A DNA stretch of 61,677 nt, filler included, from Sphacelaria rigidula (Eukaryota): NCBI GenBank assembly GCA_964200075.2. It is 9 parts of 9 records of this genome, joined end to end, with 100 filler letters (N's around TTAATTAATTAA, not from the genome) between each part and the next. Parts side by side here need not be neighbours in the genome. Positions count along the whole stretch, not along the records: positions 1 to 6,765 come from CAXNAA020018192.1; positions 6,866 to 13,630 come from CAXNAA020018193.1; 7 more parts are not named here. One strand, given 5' to 3'. Positions 1 to 12,098 of this stretch are shown here, piece after piece. The number at the start of each line of letters is the position of its first letter. Within the stretch, counting starts at the first letter, position 1. A program made the translations under genes and the position numbers. The notes under the pieces are model-generated. The model worked only from the letters and a program-made list of their open reading frames with translations, was not told where the DNA came from and did not search any database.

Positions 1-921
1 TCCTCTACCGAAAATACTATCTTCAATTTTGAAAATAGACTGCTTCGAGCGGGGGGGGGGGGGCATGTGTAGTTAAACCTTGGATAATTGGTCCTGACGT
101 TCCATCAAACAGGACACATACCACATGACACACTGTCGTCATCCTTCGGTGCGGCGAATTAATGAAAGATAACTCGAGATCATCACAACAAGCGACTGGA
201 TGTACCGGCGATCATATTGACGGCGATCGATTGCGCTGCGGGTTCGGCGTGTAGATCGTCGTTAGCCTTGCTCATTAGGTACGTCAGCGAAATACATTTC
301 GATACCGGGGTCCGACGTCTGGAACGCCAAGGCAATTGCTTCCATTGCTTCCGGTGTAGTGGCGAAGCAGGCCTTTCGCCAGTGCCGCATCGTCACTAGC
401 GGCAGAGAATCCAAACCCAGCTGTTTTCGGTGACGAGGGGACAACAACGGGCCGTGGCGAAAAACATATAGCAGGTGCGATGAAATCGCGTCGGCCATTT
501 CAGCGTCCGTGGAAGTTCAAAATGATCCATAGTACCGTACACAACTTTTCCCGACTGAACAGAATATCGGTACCGGCTCCCACATCGAATCGCCGCCCCC
601 CCGCTCCAGAGCGGCAACTTCACCGCGGCCGTCGTGCGTGCTGCATTGCATACGTGGTCGAGGTCTGTCGTGTTCGCTGCACACTGGGTTGTTTCTCGGC
701 GTATGAGCGGGTGGAAGATGCAGTACACGCGTCGTAAACCCTCCGCCAACTAGTTTACAACAATACAAGCGGACTTGACTCGGTGCCGAGATGTAACATG
801 AATGACCCGCGGTGCACATGTGATACAATACGAATTTAAACTTCACCCAATGCCCACTACCGTCCCCGTGTAATGCAGACCCGGATTTGTAGTACCCCGT
901 CTTTCACATTCCATCACTCAC

Positions 922-1064
922 GTTCGTGAACTCCTTTGCTGTTTGCTCCCCCGTAACGGCATCACTCCCCGTCCTCTCCTGGACCGACGTTATGATCCCA
1001 ACGTACATGTAAAGCTTATCGTACGTGTTGCGGGGAGAAAGAACCTCGCCGACATCGTTTAAAG
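922..1064 (-). CDS. Putative internal exon, unknown protein (LNDVGEVLSPRNTYDKLYMYVGIITSVQERTGSDAVTGEQTAKEFTN)
   Basis: Pyrimidine-rich ...cttcgaacag acceptor, strong gtgagt donor, only one open frame. Confidence 0.45.
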
Positions 1065-3224
1065 CTGTTCGAAGGCAGGCAGGCAGCAGCAACGCCTGCT
1101 TCTTCACTGTTGTGGTATGCAGGCTGCAGGCGGCGGTGCAGTGGATTGTGTGAGGGAAGGGTGGGGGGGGGGGAGGAGGTAAAGCGAGGGAAAGCGAGAA
1201 CATCCTAATATTGCGGTTAGTTGAAGGTCACGATCGGTACATGTTATCCACAAAGCCACCTGTACTCGTAATTCGACCACGTATCTGGGTCATATCACTC
1301 TCGCATGAGTACTGACAAGCCATGTTTTTCGATAACACCTAACTTTGTAGCTAGTACAACGGTATCTTTCTTTCGAGCTCCACTTTCGGTATAATGGTGA
1401 CCAATTTGCCCCGTGTCAGGTGCTATACCGCTGAAATAATCCCACCAGTCAGGCAGGTGAAAATACCTAAATATTCCGGTATTTGTCGACATGTGTCCCA
1501 TTCCCTGATCACGCTTCGGGTGCACATGGTCACTTGCACTTAGAATCACAGGATATGTATCGCGACATTCTGACGGTCAGGGCATGTTGAGTTGTGGTCT
1601 CGCAAAGATTGATCCAAACGCGGAACAACGCCAACTTCATCGTTGCTGTCCAAATATGACCAGCCCGCCCATACTGTCATAAACGTATAGGCATCGCCTA
1701 CTCTCAAACACCCACTTGCCAGAGGAATTAGTGTGGGGAATGCGCTTATGCCAATTACAGAGGCGGGCCGCCTCGTGTTCGCGACCTCGGTTGATCCTAC
1801 GGAGCGGAGCATCGAATCATGTGGGCATACGGGCGGCCTGACTCCAAAAAGAACGAGAGCGCGTGCCGTACCAGAAACCCGGTAAAACATGGGGTCGATG
1901 TATGTTTCTGACGGCTTGTTGTGTAATCGTTTGTTCACAAGAGCGTTTGCTGAGTCGAACAACCTCGTTGAGAACGCCAAGAGGAACCCCGTGCTCCATC
2001 GGTGTTGAGAACCACGTGAGTACAGTATCTTATATCTCGTCGCCAAGTTGGGGCAGATGTGTGACGACCGCTGTCGTGTAGCAAAGCGAACATATTATCA
2101 TGTAGATTTCACAATACACGGCGGTTCTGTACTAGGCGAGCGCGACGTCAAAATAACCCTAAACTGTGTGCTACCACAGCCTGCTGTCACCGTGCTTTAC
2201 TGTAGCGCCGACCAACACATACCGGCTCACTGCTTCTTGCCGTCGTACCCAGCGAAAAAAACAGGCCCAGGTTTGAATATTGAAATCTACTACTGTATCC
2301 AGGTTTACTGTAATGCGACCGTGGTCCGCCTCGGGACAGTTTCATCGGCTGACAGTCCAGGAATATTCGCGGGAATCCAGATATCAGGGGAGGTTATACG
2401 AACAGCCGGAGAGCTCAAGAAGTCAACCATTTGTTTTTGGAAGTAAAGACTCCGCCCGCAGTCGTTCGGGTGTACCTGGTCCTTCTCGCGTTGCCAGAAT
2501 AGCTTCACACTGTCTGTAGTGTTGTTGGGAAACACGAAGCAGAGACATCAACAGCGTGCATGCAACTACGGAAACTGAAACGTACTCGTCAAAGACATAC
2601 TGTTCCATACTATACTGGCTTTGCGTGCACTTGACTGCGGGCTCAAAACCGGTCAGGGACGTTCCTGTATTATTGTTGTCTATACATGGGTCCTACATTC
2701 ACGTGTGGCAAAAATCATATCCACTTATATAGGTGGATCCTTGTTTCCAGTAGCCTTTTATCATGACCGATCCCGCGTTGTCCTTTGAAACTCGGGAGCC
2801 CACATGTCTTTATTCAGTTGCCCGTTACGCATGTGTGCAGACAAAGTGAAGCCTTCACGTGTAGTACCGTGGTGCAGGCAGTAGTCAGTAGCCATATCCT
2901 TTGCATCTGCATCCACTGCCATGGATGTGCAGCTGCATATGAAGACGACTAGTACTGTGTTGTATTGGCAAAGCACAGCTACCTACTGTGCTCGCGAGTA
3001 CAACCCGTGCTGTAACCTGGCAGAGTACAGCCTATACTCGGACATGAAGTAGTACAAGATAACAAATACGGACTGCAGCTGTACCGTGTTTGCAAAGTAT
3101 AGCCTATAGTTGTAATGTCGTACTGCTCGCAAACTCCACGGCCTGTATCATGAATACCCTTGCCTGCTGCAACACCCTGGCACTGATCGTACTACTTTTA
3201 TACCGTCAAGTCTACATCGTACAG

Positions 3225-3358
3225 AATGTATCATGCCCATCATCTCGAGAAAACAAATGTCATCATCCACGGCACCACCGGAGGATGACAGATCGAAGTG
3301 GGAGTTTTCCGTCGTGCTCAACGTTGACTCGTGCTGGCTGGACTTAGATACTCCGTCG
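3225..3358 (+). CDS. Possible internal exon (CIMPIISRKQMSSSTAPPEDDRSKWEFSVVLNVDSCWLDLDTPS)
   Basis: cag acceptor, gtac donor, protein-like open frame; no family recognised. Confidence 0.3.
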
Positions 3359-5329
3359 GTACTTTTTATGGTTGTTTCTGCTGTATACACCCATTTGAAT
3401 CGTCTTGTCTGCTACGTACTTACCGTTCCCTTTGAATTGTGCAATCATTTGTAATGGACGTTCAGAGTGGAAGGGGTGTTGGGGGTTGCCATTCCGGCCC
3501 AGATGTTAATCATCGAGGGATTGAAGTTGGGATCGATAGAGTGATGAAGGTGAGACTTCTCAGGTGCATTCTTTGCCCACGGTGGCGTGCTCACACGTAT
3601 TGTTTTAGGTGAATTTTGGACGGGAGGCCCTGATCCCAACAAACTTCATTGAAGGAATGTGTAACGTGGAATTATCCAACCCAGTCTACATGCGGTTTTG
3701 TCGTGCCACATAGACACATGGAACACCTCTAAGGGAATCTGCACAGTGGCCGCAGGAGGCGCATAGGCAATATGCGCAATTTATGCGCATGATATGCCCA
3801 CTAGGCCTTTCACAACCCAAAATAAGCGTACTTGAAAACACAGAATTTTGGCGCAAAAATCGGAATTACGCGAAGCCTTAGGCGCACACGAGAGGCGAAA
3901 GCCAAAATATTATTGCTGAATTGGGTTTCTCACCGTGATGCGCTCGGAAGACCCTATTCGTGAGATCCAGAGGGTAGTTTCAGATTCCGAGTGGATGATC
4001 TAGCGTTCCGAACAGGGAGCATTTTTTACTTTTTTTTTTGCTTGAGCACACGTGCTGTGCATGCAGCTACCGTACAGTACCCCACTCGAGTATTCCGGCG
4101 GTCTGGTTGGTGAGATACTGCACAAAGCAATTTTACGCTTAGGGGGTGGTATTTCGGAACTGAAACTGTTTCAGGCACCAATCAGTTTTTCCTGAAGGAG
4201 GGGATCTTTTGTTGTGATGCACTGACTGCATAGTTGCGATCAAGTGATACAGGTGACTGCTTTCTTTGAAGCCACCACCTCACCAGCTGGGCGCATTACT
4301 CATCGAACTGTGGCGACGTCAAACTCGACGGGAAAGTCGATTGTTTTGGGTCTCACTCTGAATCTGAAACTACCCTCTGAATCTCAAGGACATCGTGTTT
4401 CGGTGTTTTATCAGGGGTGACGGTGGCCAACGGGACGACAGGGATCCTGTTCACCGAGACAAAATCCTCGCGCTCCTCGACAGATACGCAGAGAGGTACG
4501 GGTGAAACATGCCGCACCAGAAAGCTATCTACTTCTACATGAGAAACCAACAGGTGGGTAAGTGTTGGTCGCGCTCGTACAGCCATTGTTTCGGTCGTGC
4601 TTCTGGACTGATACGTGTGTGTGCGGGGGGGGGAGAGAGCTCTCGCGGGATGCCTCATGGTAAACCGCGTCTTATTTTAGTATCGTTTGTTTGTTTTTGC
4701 CGAAACATTCGAGGAGGCCGTAGGTAGATATCCTTTCGATTTGTGTTTTCGTCGGGCTAGAGGTTCAAGCCCGGAACACTTCGATCCCCGAATGTGTTCA
4801 TAGTCTTCGATTCCGATATAATTTGCTGGATCATCGACTACCCCTTGGCGCATCTAGCACGCGGTTTCGGAAAATGAGCACCGTTTTATCGAAGGAATAG
4901 CCCTGGGAACAGCCACAAGCATCGAAATGTTTTTGCAATACAATGACAAATGCACTCTCCGGCTGTTATGGGTGGCGTTGCTCATCACGGGAGAAAACGT
5001 CGGCCATTTGTAAACTCCCGTCTTTTTCAGGGGAGTCCGGAATACAAAAGCAGTGTAAGGGACAGGAAGGACCGGAGGGTGAACTTGTTCCGTGTGAGTA
5101 CAAGATTTCACAAATTGCAGACGGACTATTGCTCAGAAGGATCTTGCCCTCACCGCCGTTCGCAGATGACACAAAAAGGGACCCTAAAGGCTTTCAGCGA
5201 ATCATGGAGGGAAAAATGAGACGCGATAAACGCAGGTGTAACGGGTTTTCGTTTGTGAGAGGTGTCATGAACTCTCACCAATCTTTCCAACTGCCGCTGG
5301 GCTCGTTTTCACCCTCTCTTTCTTGACAG

Positions 5330-5485
5330 CACGCTATCGGCGGCGCAGTGTATGTGGGCCCAGGGTTGCTCCCGTCGAAGCTGCCGGCCGACACGACCCC
5401 ACCGGCATTGCAGACTCCTGCCGGCGGTTCGTCTGGTGAAGAGGTCATGAAAACCGCCGTGCAGCCGTTCGGATACACAGTGGAG
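5330..5485 (+). CDS. Internal exon, unknown protein (HAIGGAVYVGPGLLPSKLPADTTPPALQTPAGGSSGEEVMKTAVQPFGYTVE)
   Basis: Polypyrimidine tract + cag, GAG|gtgaga donor, 156 nt phase 0-0, GC-rich, other two frames closed. Confidence 0.6.
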
Positions 5486-6143
5486 GTGAGAGTGCTTCGG
5501 GCGACCCAAACGGTGTTTATATCGAGTCTTGTTTACCTGCTTCTTCGCCGTCCGAGGGTCGCACAGTGAGGACAAGGTGGTGATCCGGCTAGCGGGCATC
5601 TACGCACCAGTCTTGTTTTTTTTGCATATTTCTTGACGCATTTGCGAGTCAAATATAGTTTCCCTGCACCATACAAGAGGATACCTTAAATTGTACGGGC
5701 CCATCACCTTGCCCGGATCTTGGCTTTGTATCTTTGTAGTATATTTCCGGTGAAAAGTATATCTTGTCTTCATTCGGTGCTCGGTTCGTACTAATGAAAA
5801 TAAATAACCAGGCCCGAAAATGGCCGCAAACATCCGTTTCAAAACTCCAGAGAGAATCAACATTCCAAAACAAAAACGAACGATAATCACAATCGCGAAT
5901 CAACCACTAGTTTTACGTATTACCGTGTGCTGTCCCCACCGCCTTCTTCACTGACAAACTTCGCTGGTAAAATCAGCGCTGTTCGGGTCGACAACGGCCA
6001 AAACCTTCCACGAGTGCTTCGAAATAGTAGAATAGGTGCGATGCTTGGGTATTTTTCGGTCCATCTCAAGTAAAGAACTTGTCATTCTATCTTCGCGTCG
6101 GCCGAGTCTGCCCTCTTACTTCGTAACGAACCCATCTGTAAAG

Positions 6144-6244
6144 CCGCTAGTCCCCGCGACGATGATGATGAAGACGATGCAGATGAAGGTGAAGACACTG
6201 CCGATGACGACGGGATCGCAGCCGATGACGGCGCGGGAGATTGA
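6144..6244 (+). CDS. Possible terminal exon with acidic tail (ASPRDDDDEDDADEGEDTADDDGIAADDGAGD*)
   Basis: Asp/Glu-rich codon run ending at TGA 6242-6244; acceptor ambiguous (6143 or 6150). Confidence 0.4.
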
Positions 6245-6765
6245 CGGATATCATGTTTGCGGCTTCGGTTTTGAATACGAGGGTCTGATTTGATGGGGTT
6301 TGATTGGGGTAGGGGTTTTTTTGGGGGGGGGGGGGGGCTGGTTCATGGTCCTGTCGCGTTGTGCGTGGTTTTGTCCCGGGGGCACCCGTTGATGAGAGTA
6401 GACGGCGTCACGCTTGTCGATCGCAACCGACGGTAGCACCGTGCGTGGAACGCCTACTCGCGTTCTCGAATCCGATGAAAGACAAGCATCAATCTTCACG
6501 CCAGAGGGAAGGGTTCAAAGGGGAGTATCCGAGTCGTTTCCGCGACGGAATCTTGTGGGCAACGGGCTATCCACGTTGCGTTGAAACCGACTTCTTTCCT
6601 GAGGGGGGAAACACAAACCCGCAGAAGATCGATACCAAGACACTATTGGTGCCCGTCTTAGTCATGCCTGACGAGCATCCCCACCCCCTCCACCCTGTCG
6701 GGCATAATCGGGATGCTGTTCTCCGCGCTGGCGCAGGTTGGGGGGGGTGGGGGCTTAGCGCAAGA

Positions 6766-6865
6766 NNNNNNNNNNNNNNNNNNNNNNNNNNNNNNNNNNN
6801 NNNNNNNNNTTAATTAATTAANNNNNNNNNNNNNNNNNNNNNNNNNNNNNNNNNNNNNNNNNNNN
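6766..6865. other. Artificial contig spacer (44 N + TTAATTAATTAA + 44 N); same spacer at 13631-13730, 20496-20595, 27360-27459, 34224-34323, 41088-41187, 47952-48051, 54815-54914
   Basis: Identical 100-nt spacer eight times, with a six-frame-stop linker; intervening segments fall monotonically from 6765 to 6763 bp. Confidence 0.97.
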
Positions 6866-8344
6866 CCCAACCTCATCGTTTTTTTTTTTTTTTCCCAGAT
6901 GTGGTACGTGATCATATACAAACGTTGTCCGATGGTCCACAGTGCCCAGACGACCCGATTGGGGCCATATCATACCAACCTTGCTTACATTCCGTTTTTC
7001 TGAACCTTGCTTATAAATCCGCCCGGAGGGAGTAGTGGATATATAAGAGAAACGGAATAAGTAAGGCAACAATCGATGAACAGCAGCGACCGATATCCCC
7101 CGAAACACGGACAACCCCGGATTCAACATCACAGACATGAACCATTGTACGAAACGGGCTCCAGAAATAGCAGGATAGTTGAGCACACGACAACCGCAAC
7201 GTGGCGTTTCTCTGGCTTCGCCGCCACGATCAGTAGATCGACCAGGATCGACAGCCAAGGTACATGAGCACCGGTGATAGCTGTGTGCGTTGTGTAAGCT
7301 CATGGACTGAGCACGGTAGCAAATCTGGATCATGGACACCTTTATTGAGTGAAATTGATGACACTTCGACAGATTACCTGATTTTCGCCGTCAAATGGTT
7401 GATGGAAAGCGGCGGGAAACATTTGTCGTGTCGACCGAGTGTTTCATGGGCATGATGCCGCTTCGATTTTCAGAAAAACTCTTTTTTTGTCTCGTTTTCG
7501 GCCCGAAGAGCAACATGGATTATGAGTATGTACGAAGGCTCAACACAAGGCATCACAATCAAAAGTGAACCTGAGAAACTGACCGCCCCCGCAAACCAAG
7601 AACCCATATAGTGGCAACGAATTTGACCATTTGACCGCCATGATGAGTTATCTCTTGTTTAATCGGCATCAGTTACTTGGACTTCACAAAGTACAGCGTG
7701 GTCCAGATGACCTACCCTACCGCGTCAAAGGATTAACCCTTTTGCGACGGGATCCACAGAAACATATGATATGCACGCAGGGGCCTTTTTATGAATCGAT
7801 ATCATTTTTAATCGTTTCCAACTAAACATATTGCCGATTGATGGAAACGCCCCTGCGTGCAAACCACATGTTTCTGGGATTCCGTGTAACACAGAAGGGA
7901 GGTCAATACAGGAAATTCTGTGGTGGTCGCCTTACTTTTCATCGTGAAAGAGATTCAGCGGTTCCTTTTGCTCGTTGACCGTGAAACCGAATTCTGAGAA
8001 TGGGACATACGATTGAGAGTGAAAAGCCGCCAATTATTCAATGAATCGTTTCAGTTCCGAAATGCACCTCCACGAGGCTCTAGATGCTCTCTGTACTGTA
8101 GGAGCTCGCCACTGAAACCCTTGATACCCCTGGACGAGGAGGTGACTTTAAATTTCCGAGAACTATCTGTCAACTACCGAGTGGTGAAGTCTACTGTGAG
8201 CAAGATATCGACGTGTAGCTTTATGCACACGTCAGTGCTAGAGGCGAAGAAAAGCACGCACGGAATGAAAAACTGGCTTCGTTGAAGCGAATAGTCAAAG
8301 CCACTCTCAACCAGCGCTCTACTCTCAATCTCACGAAAACATTG

Positions 8345-8471
8345 TAGTCGCTGTCTACTGTTGAACATGGTGTGAGATAAAATTCCAGATCGTGTGACTG
8401 CACTGAGGTTCGAACCGACGACCCAACCGCCATAAGGTTTGGGTGTTACCAACTGAGCCGCCAGAGCGACC
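8345..8471 (-). mobile_element. 5' part (tRNA-like head) of tRNA-derived SINE
   Basis: Minus strand has A-box-like GGCTCAGTTGG and B-box GGTTCGAACC; aligns with 25505-25630. Confidence 0.75.
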
Positions 8472-8690
8472 GTCTGCCGACCAAAATATGAACAATAGAA
8501 GCCACCTCAAGACGAAAAAACGCATGTATGGCAGAGCAGAAGCAGCAGCACCAACAACAGCAGTCCATTGGACAGAGACAGGAAGAGGGAAGTACAGGCG
8601 AGACGATTCGACATGCGGGCAAGATCACAACATGCTTTCCGTGTGCGCCGAGATTGGACAGAGAGTCGTTCCGCACAACCTATCCAACTA

Positions 8691-8903
8691 GAGGTATATC
8701 TCAAACTCGACTCCCGGCGTCCTGGTTTATTCGCTGGCTCTGAGTTGTGTACTACTTTTTCAAGTGAAGGTGATCGCGATTCATAGGAGGACCTGACCTG
8801 GCGGTCAAAGGGTCACATCATCTGATGAATCAGCATCACTTTCACCTGAAAAAGTTGAACAAAACAAAGCAGGATACCGGGAGTCGAGTTTGAGATATCT
8901 CTA
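8691..8903. mobile_element. MITE with ~30-bp TIR (TATCTCAAACTCGACTCCCGG core)
   Basis: Left gaggtatatctcaaactcgactcccggcgtcctg vs right caggataccgggagtcgagtttgagatatctc; related to hairpins at 24751 and 38448. Confidence 0.7.
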
Positions 8904-9185
8904 CTGAGCATGATTCTGATTCAATTTTCACGTGACCTGTATACGGCAAGAGGTGGCATCTTCGACGGTCAAAGGGTCACAAAGAGACCCCGTTCCTGTA
9001 AAAGCAAGTGCAAAAGTGCACCTGTCTCAGAGCCCCTGGGAACGATTCTGACAGTCCTGTGTGCGGTGTGACATGGACGCACGGAGGGTCTACCGCCATG
9101 GCGAGGAAGGAAGGCGGAAAACACCATGCAGAGCACTGCCGTGGAAGCGATGCTCCCGAAACCTCCTGAAGGGGAATCATGCAAT

Positions 9186-9412
9186 GCTGCTTTGTCAGAG
9201 CTTGAGAGAACGAAATGATCCCGTTTCGCTGTAGTCTAAAATCAAGTAAGAGCAACTGCTCGCCTTTCTGAGCTTCTGAGAACGACCGAATGACACCGTT
9301 TCGCCGTACTCGAAAATCAAGTGTGAGCAAATGCTGGCCTGTCAGAGCTCCTGGAAACGACGGAATGACTCCGTTTAGCCGTACTCTAAAATCAAGAGAA
9401 AAAAGTGCACCT
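9186..9412. repeat. Three diverged tandem 75-bp units
   Basis: aaaatcaag at 9238, 9313, 9388 (period 75). Confidence 0.85.
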
Positions 9413-9820
9413 GCATCCAAGGCTCTTCAATGGCGAAAAAGATGAAATGTACCACTTGTATATCCATTTTCAAGATATCTCCATGAATATTCGTGTATAG
9501 TACACACCGCCCATCCTCCGAACACTGTTGATGGAAGCAGTCAACACTCGAGTGGGTCATCTTCAGTTCGTAGTCGAGATGGCTTGTGAGGCATAGTGAT
9601 CAACGTCTCGCGTCCTTTTTTTCGTGCTTGCCGCGTTTTTGTTTTTTTGCTCACTTTGTGTCCGACTTGCACAGTAATTACGCTGTGTGCTTTGGTCCGT
9701 CGTGGCCGGTATTATTATTGTTAATATCATTGTTATTACTTTTAACGTGCGAATTGCTTTGCATGTTGTGACTGCTGAATCTTGGCCGCTTCTGTCGGGG
9801 GGGGGGGGGGGGTTGGACAG

Positions 9821-9907
9821 ATCCACGAGTTCGTGACGCTGAACAATTTGCCGGGCAAGCTCTCTCGCAAAAAGAAGGAACTCAACAACTCTCTCAGGAA
9901 GCTCCAG
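9821..9907 (+). CDS. Penultimate exon of Translin/TRAX-family gene (IHEFVTLNNLPGKLSRKKKELNNSLRKLQ)
   Basis: cag acceptor, CAG|gtga donor, phase 0-0; splices in frame to 11120; peptide resembles the TRAX/translin C-terminal helix. Confidence 0.6.
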
Positions 9908-11119
9908 GTGATGTTTTTTCTTTCCCCAAACGGTTGACGGGTCGTCAGCGAGAGAGTCCCCCACTATTACTGAAAGGGTAATCAAATCAAAATGACATGG
10001 ACCCGAAGAAGAACGGACGGCCGAAAATCAAAGCAAATGTAAACTTCAAGGCGGAAAAGACGAAGGAAAAGGGGTGTAATGAAATCGGAACGTTTAAACC
10101 ACGAACGGATAAGCCAAATAAGAATGAAGTAAGCAACCGTGAAGAGGGGTGCTACGGTAGGGGTGCACAAATATTTTTCGAGGTTTTAATTGTCAGGAGT
10201 CCTATATTTAATCCAAAACACGACTAGGATTACTATTCCAATGTGCTAGGGATCACTATTCCACTGTGGTAGGGATGTCCCGAATAAAAGTTGCAAACGA
10301 GGGTGCCCTGACCCATGTATTCTTGTACATCTGGAACATTTAGGAGCCCCTGAACCAGACAAGATTTCGCGCAAAAAGGGCAACCCTACCGTAGCATTGC
10401 TCTGGAGTATGACAGAAATAAAGGGTAACGAATCAACAGCTGATACTCGCCAAAGGTGACGGCAGTCAGTGAAGAGTGACCTACAAGTATTTCGAAAAAA
10501 AAATCTCTCCCTTCATCGACTAGCTAGGCCAGCCCAATCAGAGCAACCCACGAAACGATCGTAGCCAGTGACATTCATATATCCATGGGGAAGAAACCAG
10601 CCTACCACAATGCTAATGCGCAGTCTGCAACGTTCATGTTTGAGTTTTGCCGTCACCGCCCGTTGCGCAGTGAAAAGGTGTGGGTGTGTCTTTCGCAAAA
10701 AATTTCATCGCGGATGAAACTTAGAGGGATGGGAGGTAAGGGTGGAAGGGGAGTAAAGCGCAATGTAGCGGAAATGAAACGTGGAGTAACTCCAGTGTCG
10801 AGATACGATCGCAAGGTTCTGTTTGCTCTCCGATCTATTATTCCCTTTCCTGGTAACAATCCTGGAAAGGTGAAAACCACGTTTGTTGTTGATCACGCAT
10901 GCATATTATATCCTACATGATCATCTGTCTGCCTCCCCCCCGCCCTCTTACTTTTTCATTTTATTCTCTTTCTCTTTTTCTCTCGTCTTTTTTTCTACTG
11001 CTTTTTTTTCTGTTTCTTTATTAGTATTGTTATTTTCCTTCTTCTTTTCTTCACCCTTTTTTTTTATCATGTATATTTTTACCCCTTTTATTTTTTTTAT
11101 TTTTGTATTCGTCATACAG

Positions 11120-11233
11120 AACATGACATATGAGTTGGCACTCATGAAGGCCGGCAAGGGTAAAGTTGCCGGAGTGTCCGGATTGGACGACGGGCCACCA
11201 GCGGGTAGGAAGGACGACGCTGAAGAAGAGTGA
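11120..11233 (+). CDS. Terminal exon of Translin/TRAX-family gene (NMTYELALMKAGKGKVAGVSGLDDGPPAGRKDDAEEE*)
   Basis: Very long T-rich tract then cag; joined peptide LSRKKKELNNSLRKLQNMTYELAL resembles the TRAX pattern S-KK-x(6)-SL-K-EN-x2-Y-L (recalled, not searched). Confidence 0.62.
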   Translation, partial: NMTYELALMKAGKGKVAGVSGLDDGPPAGRKDDAEEE

Positions 11234-11889
11234 TGTGCTCACCCCCTGAATACTGCGCCGTTTTGGTTATCACCGGCTTGGAGGAGCCACATTCATGGTT
11301 GGACGGGCCTTGGGCTTCGTACGAAACACAGTACAACTACCTTCTGCAATATTAGAAAAGTGAAAAATCTCGAATAAAAGGGGCGTATTCCTGTGAGAAT
11401 CCAACGTGGCGCCCTACTAGTGTACAAGTAGTGCAAGCGGGGAAATTATGTGCGTCAGTTAGATTAAGTCGGTTTCCTGATGATGGTAGTGTCCCCGTTC
11501 GTAGACACGTGGTCAAAGTAAGGGGGTGGTAACAGCGTTCTGTACCGAGCAGGAACGGACGTGTGCCCGCTCGAGAGCTTTCTCGACCAAGACCTACGAT
11601 GTGCTTCCATGATACCGCGTTACCGTGGTACTCTTGAGGTCAACGGTACGCACACATCACGGTGCAACCGTACACACTGCGTGCTATCGTAGCGGGAAAA
11701 TATGTGTGTGAGTGTGTATTCGTGTGCGTGTTCCATAGATGGGGTCCGCATTTCGTTGGGGTACCTCTTAAGTATACGGACCTTTGGTGCCGAGAAAAAC
11801 GCTATGATGGACGAGTGGTGTTATGGGAGTCCATGCAAGGGTCGGATAAATCAGTGATTCGTCTGGAAGTTACTTGGTTTTAGTGTAAT

Positions 11890-12098
11890 TGATTCGAATC
11901 GTGCGAATCAATCCTTGGGATTTGTTTTCAGCGTTGCAACCCAAGTACACGTGGCCCAAACACGTGGAATGGCGCAAATGTTGCGTGGATACCCCTTGGA
12001 CCAGCGGTCAACTTTTTTCTCCCTTTTAGGCAATCAGGCCGAAGAAATCGTAGATTTGGTCATTCGAACCCGTGATGATTCGTCCTAACCGTGAATCC
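11890..12098. repeat. Interspersed repeat, reverse-complement copy at ~55866-56085
   Basis: e.g. gcgtggataccccttggaccag...caatcaggccgaagaaatcgtag is inverted at 55910-55980. Confidence 0.75.

Noticed and set aside
4414..4560. Plus-strand exon candidate
   Set aside because: Two frames and several donors are equally plausible; cannot support one call.
6810..6821. Recurring TTAATTAATTAA as a biological periodic motif
   Set aside because: Always centred in N padding; it is an assembly linker.
8395..8471. Functional tRNA genes here and at 25555, 29735, 43825
   Set aside because: Only box-like remnants; stems do not pair cleanly and each lies in a repeat body.
10883..11119. Phe-rich transmembrane ORF
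   Set aside because: Translation of the intronic T-rich tract upstream of the 11120 exon.
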